A DNA stretch of 54,875 bases. Origin: a virus (lineage: Duplodnaviria > Caudoviricetes). The notes beneath the pieces are model-generated. The model was given only the letters and a program-made list of their open reading frames with translations, was not told the origin of the DNA and did no database searches. Each line of letters starts with the position of its first letter. Positions within the stretch are counted from its first letter, which is position 1. The stretch lies in IMG/VR virus record IMGVR_UViG_3300009537_000013, positions 1 through 54,875 of that record. One strand, 5' to 3'. Shown one piece after another: positions 50,037 through 54,875 of the stretch. The position numbers and the translations under genes were made by a program.

Positions 50037-50378
50037 TCATGACGCTGTATCGGCTGCTTCGGTATCCCTCGTTCGAGGGTAATAACGATCGAGGTACCAC
50101 TGAAGCCCGAGGTTCTGCACGTACTCCACGACGGACGCAGGCAGATCCTCGAACCGGATCCTCGAACTCGCGAGCGTGTGCCTGATGTGGCTGCGCTCGC
50201 AGACAGCCACCCCCATCCGCGTGTCCCAGATCGCGTTGTCCAGCCCGCGCTTGCGGAGCGTCTGCTGGGTCACGACGTGATGTGCCTGTAGCGGGCCCTC
50301 GCAGCCCTCTGGGCTCTCATGGAGGATGCATCCGTGCAGACACACACGCCGCTTCCAATCGAGCGGAGAAACGATCAC
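50037..50378 (-). CDS. HNH-like nuclease
   Basis: C.G.L.AHHV...VC..SH..H pattern. Confidence 0.55.
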   Translation of the reverse strand: MIVSPLDWKRRVCLHGCILHESPEGCEGPLQAHHVVTQQTLRKRGLDNAIWDTRMGVAVCERSHIRHTLASSRIRFEDLPASVVEYVQNLGLQWYLDRYYPRTRDTEAADTAS

Positions 50379-50842
50379 AGGATCTGCCTCTTAGTCGCAA
50401 CGGCAATGCACCACGCATCGAACGCATCCTGCGTCCAGCCGACGCAATCCTCAACCTGACCGCGAACGAACTCGGCTACATCATCCTTCGTGGCGTTCCC
50501 CGGTAGGCCAGCCAGCTTCTTCCACTTCGCCGGCTCGATCGGATTCACGAGGGTCTCGCGCGGCAGACACGCGACGATCGCTCCCTGGATCCCCTTCAGC
50601 TTCGCCACAGTAGGCTTGTGCATCCCTTGTGGCTCCTCGATCCCGATAGCCACACAATCATGCAGCCACCATAGACGCTGCCCGTAGTTCTCGTTCAGCG
50701 CAATCGGAACGTTCCTCATGCGCTCAAACGCATCCCCGCCAGACAGATCGTAACGCTCCCAGTCCGCCCCCCCGATGCCCAGCACTACTACATCGATCCA
50801 ATTTGTCTTGAAGTCGATGCCGGCGACAGAGCCCTGAGTCAT
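50375..50842 (-). CDS. RuvC-like Holliday junction resolvase
   Basis: AGID, IEEP, P..WKK..G.GNATK and DA.DA motifs. Confidence 0.8.
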   Translation of the reverse strand: MTQGSVAGIDFKTNWIDVVVLGIGGADWERYDLSGGDAFERMRNVPIALNENYGQRLWWLHDCVAIGIEEPQGMHKPTVAKLKGIQGAIVACLPRETLVNPIEPAKWKKLAGLPGNATKDDVAEFVRGQVEDCVGWTQDAFDAWCIAVATKRQIL

Positions 50843-51441
50843 TCCAGCGCCTTCTCCAGTTCTGCCATCGGGCCCTCCGGCACGATGTAGGAGCCGTCAT
50901 CCTGAAGCTCCGCGTTCTCGCGCACGTGGCCGGCAGCGATGATGATGCGCTCCACAGCCATCGGACTTCGACGCTCGTGCTCGCGCACCTTCGTTTTCTC
51001 CGAGCCGCCCTTCTCGGCTTTGATTGCTTCCTCTAGCTCGACTTTCGACCACTTCTCCTTCTTCGCGCGCTTCAGCCACATCGACTGATCCGCAGCGTCC
51101 TTCATCGAGCACACGACGCGGTGATGGCTCCAGGAGAGACCCTCCATCCGCCGGCTGCGAGGAATCATCTCTGCGACCCTGATGTACTGCCATCTCTGCT
51201 GCTCGCTCAGCCCAAGCGATTCTGTGTAGCCGTACATCTCTTCGCCGAACAGTTCCTCCCCCTGCACGATCGCGTCACCGATCGCGAACTTCAGGCTCTC
51301 ATGTGCGCTCCCGAGGAACAGGCAGAGCGCTTCGTAGTTCTCCGGCGTGATGTCCCGGGACAGCTTCAGCCCCATGAGATCCATCTGTGCGCCGAGAACC
51401 TGGACGGAATCGGCGAGTGTCAACTGCTGTCCTGGATTCAT
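50839..51441 (-). CDS. LmbU-like DNA-binding protein
   Basis: F.IGD....G, Y..VA.....RR...LSWSHH..V and Q..WL..A....WS..EL motifs. Confidence 0.65.
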   Translation of the reverse strand: MNPGQQLTLADSVQVLGAQMDLMGLKLSRDITPENYEALCLFLGSAHESLKFAIGDAIVQGEELFGEEMYGYTESLGLSEQQRWQYIRVAEMIPRSRRMEGLSWSHHRVVCSMKDAADQSMWLKRAKKEKWSKVELEEAIKAEKGGSEKTKVREHERRSPMAVERIIIAAGHVRENAELQDDGSYIVPEGPMAELEKALE

Positions 51442-51743
51442 CGCTCGAACTCCTCTAGCTCTGCGTCGATGGCTTCGAGCCACGCGACGGACACAGCGGC
51501 CACCTGATTCAACTCTTCGCGCAGCTTCGCGAGGAACGACCCACGGTTATCTCCGAGGTTCCAGTTCGGCTTCTCGATCAGCACGCGCGCAACCTTTCCG
51601 ACTTCCTCCACGAGCACAGCGAGCTTCTGATCGTGGCCCACGAACTGATCGGCGCAATCCCACGGAATCGAGCCGGACTCCACGAGCCGCGACTGTCGCT
51701 CTCGCTCGTGAGTGATGCGCTGATAGATCCGATCTGTGTCCAC
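51438..51743 (-). CDS. MazG-like nucleotide pyrophosphohydrolase
   Basis: VLVEEVG.VA and LREEL.QVAAV.VAWLEA motifs. Confidence 0.7.
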   Translation of the reverse strand: MDTDRIYQRITHERERQSRLVESGSIPWDCADQFVGHDQKLAVLVEEVGKVARVLIEKPNWNLGDNRGSFLAKLREELNQVAAVSVAWLEAIDAELEEFER

Positions 51744-51778
51744 CTAGCTCTCCCAGAGTGTATCCGATTTGGGACTTC

Positions 51779-51817
51779 GACGGGCCCGAGCGGCTGGCCC
51801 TACGGCCCGGGCCCGTC
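51779..51817. terminator. GC-rich hairpin
   Basis: GACGGGCCCG / CGGGCCCGTC stem downstream of the 51865..52527 gene. Confidence 0.45.
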
Positions 51818-51864
51818 TCTCCCCCACTCGAACGGTTAGCGCTGGAGCTACCGCCCGAGCCTCG

Positions 51865-52527
51865 TTACGCCTCTACGTAAGGCTGATCGCACGTGAGCCC
51901 GAGACCGGGAACGTTCGGCGCAAGAATGACTCCTCCGCCTGGTTCCCACGGCTCGATCCCCGTAAACGTCACGTCCTTACCATCGAGGCGAACAGTCGCG
52001 CCCGACACGAACAGTTCATACCACGGCTGTCCGGGCTCGAACGCCCCATCGTGAGCCTGCACAAACGTCCAGCCGTAGTTCGAGGACTGCACGCAGAAAC
52101 CAACACCCGGATAGCCCTTCGGCGTCTCCGGCGGAGGAGCGGGCTCCGGCTCCGGCTCCGGCTCGGGCTCCGGCTCCGGCTCCGGCTCCGGCTCGGGCTC
52201 GGGCTCGGGCTCCTCCTGTTCGCACTTGCCATTCAGGTAGATGAGCTTCGTCTTGGTCTGCGTCTCGCGCGTTCCGAGCCAGCCCACCTTCACCTTCACG
52301 ATCTTCAGACCCTTCGCGTTCCCGGGGAACGACTCAGGATCAATGCTGATGATGAACGCTCCCGGCCACGACGAGGACTGAACGATCTCAGCCTCGATCA
52401 CATACGTCCCGGTTTCGACATCGCATGTCGCCTGAACCTTCACGTCCTTCACGTGCCACGCCATCGCCGTCGATGCCGTAGCCAGCGCGAAGGCGATCAC
52501 GCCCAGCACGACCATCAGTTTCTTCAT
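51865..52527 (-). CDS. Secreted two-domain protein with a (Pro-Glu)n linker
   Basis: Signal peptide ending AMA-W. AAAGGAG SD. EPEPEP tract. Confidence 0.8.
   Translation of the reverse strand: MKKLMVVLGVIAFALATASTAMAWHVKDVKVQATCDVETGTYVIEAEIVQSSSWPGAFIISIDPESFPGNAKGLKIVKVKVGWLGTRETQTKTKLIYLNGKCEQEEPEPEPEPEPEPEPEPEPEPEPEPAPPPETPKGYPGVGFCVQSSNYGWTFVQAHDGAFEPGQPWYELFVSGATVRLDGKDVTFTGIEPWEPGGGVILAPNVPGLGLTCDQPYVEA
52141..52214 (-). repeat. Hexanucleotide GAGCCG/GAGCCC tandem repeat encoding (EP)n
   Basis: Visible tandem repeat. Confidence 0.9.
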
Positions 52528-52584
52528 TCGCCGATCTCCTTTCGAGTAGAGCCCATCGGCAGGGCTCGCTGAATCAGCAGTCTC

Positions 52585-52612
52585 ATCATCTGCGTGAGTC
52601 CGCCGCTGTCAA
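52585..52612 (-). promoter_or_regulatory. Sigma70-type promoter
   Basis: TTGACA-N16-GATGAT upstream of the secreted-protein gene. A similar GGGGTTGACAGC occurs at 42639-42650. Confidence 0.5.
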
Positions 52613-53164
52613 CCCCGCGCGCCATTCGTCCAAGACGAACGACGCATACCGCTCGCACGCAACCTCGGAACTTCCCTTCCTCCGAAACATCTGAACCGCG
52701 TGCATGAACTCGTGAGCAGTGATCCTCACAAGCGCTTCCTGCCAATCGTTCACTATGTAGACGGGCCACTGCCCAACCGTTCTTCTCCCCTCTGCGTAAG
52801 CCATCTCCGCAGCGGGATTCTCCTCCCACCCGACGCCGCTCATCCGAACGGCCTCTAGAGCTTCCTTCGAGTGGTAGCAGACCTTCGGCCGACCATACAG
52901 CGGCCACTCATCAGACGGAACACGAACCATGATCGAACAGCCCAAATGACGCCTGACGCTCCTAGCCCAGTGAGCGCGATAGTGGTAGAAGTACCCCACA
53001 TCGAACTCCAGTCCGCCTCCGCCGTTGAAGCGCCCATGAGTCACGCGCACCGGCAGCGTTCCAGATGGAAGGCTCAGCCCGGAAGTCGCGAAGCGAACGA
53101 TCCGCTCTACTTCCTCCTCCGGGCGACCATGACCGGCATGAAAGATCTTCGTCTTGTGCATCAT
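52586..53164 (-). CDS. HExxH metalloprotease-like protein
   Basis: AHEFMH...E motif. Confidence 0.6.
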   Translation of the reverse strand: MMHKTKIFHAGHGRPEEEVERIVRFATSGLSLPSGTLPVRVTHGRFNGGGGLEFDVGYFYHYRAHWARSVRRHLGCSIMVRVPSDEWPLYGRPKVCYHSKEALEAVRMSGVGWEENPAAEMAYAEGRRTVGQWPVYIVNDWQEALVRITAHEFMHAVQMFRRKGSSEVACERYASFVLDEWRAGLTAADSRR

Positions 53165-53171
53165 CGCCCCG

Positions 53172-53369
53172 CTACAGCCACGCTGCCGAGTAGAGGGGGA
53201 TCCCGGTCACGATCAGGACACCGGGCCTCGGATCCGGCCGCACGGTCTGGCCGTGGCAGATCACGAAGCCACCCGGGATCGAGGGCCACGACCTCGCATC
53301 GAGCGAGAGTCGTGCGTCTGTGAGCGCGCGAAGAACGTCCTGCGCGAATGTGAGCGGAGCGAGCGTCAT
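53172..53369 (-). CDS. Hypothetical protein
   Basis: ATGA overlap and GGAGG SD. Confidence 0.5.
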   Translation of the reverse strand: MTLAPLTFAQDVLRALTDARLSLDARSWPSIPGGFVICHGQTVRPDPRPGVLIVTGIPLYSAAWL

Positions 53370-53623
53370 GCCCAGACCTCCAGCTTCCCGTCGCGATCCG
53401 TGAACCAGCCGTTCCCGGCCGCGCTCGTGACCTTGTGCTTCCGCTCGTTCCAGACGTACATAAACTCGGGATTCCGCTGGGTGCGGAGGAGCGCGTAGCG
53501 TGCGCCTCGGGGCCCGTGGAGCCAGTAGCCGGTCGCGAACGCTTCGCCGTTGTCCTCGGGGTTCTTCTCGATCTGATAGCCGAGGATCGTGGTCTGCTCT
53601 GAGATGTTCTGTGTCTGTGTCAT
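53366..53623 (-). CDS. Hypothetical protein, leaderless
   Basis: ATG lies 6 nt after GATACT of element 6. Y.L.GPRGARY.L.R motif. Confidence 0.7.
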   Translation of the reverse strand: MTQTQNISEQTTILGYQIEKNPEDNGEAFATGYWLHGPRGARYALLRTQRNPEFMYVWNERKHKVTSAAGNGWFTDRDGKLEVWA

Positions 53624-53674
53624 GTTCTAAGTATCGGCGTACCCGGGTACACCCGTATCACTCGAAAGGGTGAT
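53624..53674 (-). promoter_or_regulatory. Conserved element copy 6
   Basis: Inverted repeat at 53657-53674, palindrome at 53638-53651, CCGATACT-N6-ATG. Confidence 0.85.
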
Positions 53675-53689
53675 CTTTCCCTGAAGAGG

Positions 53690-54085
53690 AAGGGCGCGGA
53701 GGAGAGTCCACGCGGGCTCGTGATGGTGCGTGCGTTCACGGTTTAGAGGGCTCCCATCTGTCGCCCCGAGCTAGCCCCTCTGGGCCCCTGGACGCCGGCT
53801 CTCCGTTTCCCGATCTGTCTGGGCGGATTGCCAGCCGGCGCGGTTCCCGTCGCCGCTGAAGGGTCGCGTTCCTCTTGCTACGGCTCCCCCGCTAGCTACG
53901 GCCTCGTGCGTGACTCTCGCAACGCTTGTCGCCTCGGATCAGGGTCGAAGGGCTCCTCCTCCCCCGATCCGAGGCGTGCTGTCTCCCTCCCGCCCGGGGG
54001 AGAGAAAGAGGCTAAGAGGGAGCCGCAGTGATGATCTGGCTTCGAGGATGAGATTCCCCTGGCTTCGGATGACGGTTCGCGGACG
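53690..54085 (-). ncRNA. Candidate structured non-coding RNA (about 400 nt)
   Basis: Largest gene-free stretch, with nested inverted repeats and an upstream TGnTACGAT extended -10 at 54089-54097. Confidence 0.4.
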
Positions 54086-54218
54086 CCGATCGTATCACAG
54101 ACAGAGAGAGGGCCCCGGATCGGAAAACGGGGCCCTCGCCTCTCGCGATGTCATCAGCCAGAAGAACGGACTATGAAGCCCATCACCGGCAGCGGAAGCG
54201 TATCACTTAGGATGACGT

Positions 54219-54255
54219 GATGGGGGCTCGCAACTGTCCACCGCGAGCCCCCATC
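54219..54255. terminator. Hairpin after the junction-spanning gene
   Basis: Perfect 13-bp stem GATGGGGGCTCGC / GCGAGCCCCCATC. Confidence 0.6.
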
Positions 54256-54259
54256 CTCT

Positions 54260-54875
54260 CTAGATGTTCTTCAGTGCGGGCAGCGCCAGACAGCCGAGCC
54301 TCTTCTTGTCCGTAAAGATCCGGGCCTCCTGAGTCTCACCGTCCGGGAAGGTGACACGAACTCGCGAGCGTGTTCGGTAGAACATGAAGTCCGTGCTGAG
54401 GTCGATCAGTTCAGAATCGAGGCACGTCATCGACGCGAAGGACTTCATGTAGTAGCCACCGACTCCTGGATCCTCCGTGCTGTCGAAGGTATCGCATCTC
54501 ACTGCCAGCGGTCGCTCCCATGGAAACGTCCCGAGATACGCTTCGATGCACGTGCGATGCCAGATCTTCCTCACCGGGGAAGGGAACGCTGTCGCCGGTC
54601 GCCCTGAGATCCGCGACCGCAGCACGCATGTCGTGTCTGTCTCCCCGATCGCTATGAGAGGGGTGTCTGACCTTCCTATCGCCGCGTCATAGATGATGCG
54701 CGGATCCTTCGCGTCATTGAGGCATTCGTGGAACACGCCACTCGTAAGGTTGCGCGGCCAGATCGAGAACAGGCTGAATCCGCCCGTCAGAACGTTGCAG
54801 GGATTCTCCTCTGTGCAGACTGCCGGCTGTGCAGGCGTCGGGCTCGGACTCGAAGGCGGGGCCGGCGGGGCAGGA
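54260..54875 (-). CDS. 3' part of the secreted Pro-rich, Cys-containing protein that starts at 350
   Basis: Open from the window end (PAPPAPPSSPSPTP...) in frame into the 54260..54736 ORF. Confidence 0.8.
   Translation of the reverse strand, partial: PAPPAPPSSPSPTPAQPAVCTEENPCNVLTGGFSLFSIWPRNLTSGVFHECLNDAKDPRIIYDAAIGRSDTPLIAIGETDTTCVLRSRISGRPATAFPSPVRKIWHRTCIEAYLGTFPWERPLAVRCDTFDSTEDPGVGGYYMKSFASMTCLDSELIDLSTDFMFYRTRSRVRVTFPDGETQEARIFTDKKRLGCLALPALKNI

Noticed and set aside
51745-51864. Possible tRNA in a GC-rich intergenic region
   Set aside because: Only a single hairpin, with no cloverleaf or T-loop consensus.
53828-54176. Short plus-strand ORFs in the large intergenic region
   Set aside because: Weak starts, no SD, low-complexity translations.

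Overview
This window appears to be the complete, circularly permuted 54,875-bp genome of a high-GC tailed phage (siphovirus-type tail, actinobacteriophage-like gene set). One ORF reads in frame across the end/start junction. Almost all genes are on the minus strand. In reading order they are: secreted and early small genes, a MazG-like gene, an LmbU-like regulator, RuvC-like, HNH, SSB-like and primase genes, a tandem array of modular small genes, TerS/TerL, and then about 14 kb inserted between terminase and portal. That insert carries six glycosyltransferase-like genes, an NDP-sugar epimerase, an oxidoreductase, an acetyltransferase and an FkbM methyltransferase. After it come the portal and a MuF-protease fusion, then a cassette of fibre, collagen (GPT-repeat) and Asp-box genes with two more glycosyltransferases inside the head module. 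The capsid, neck, tail and lysis genes follow. The strongest candidates for new biology are: (1) an eight-GT, phage-encoded glycosylation system linked to a Thr-rich collagen head fibre; (2) a regulon of seven leaderless promoters at six loci, built from an 18-bp inverted repeat, a TGTACCCGGGTACA palindrome and CCGATACT-N6-ATG; (3) a structured RNA candidate of about 400 nt; (4) a recombination-like array of small paralogues. No integrase, DNA polymerase, helicase, tRNA or CRISPR array was recognised. All functional calls come from motif recognition by eye, not from database searches.
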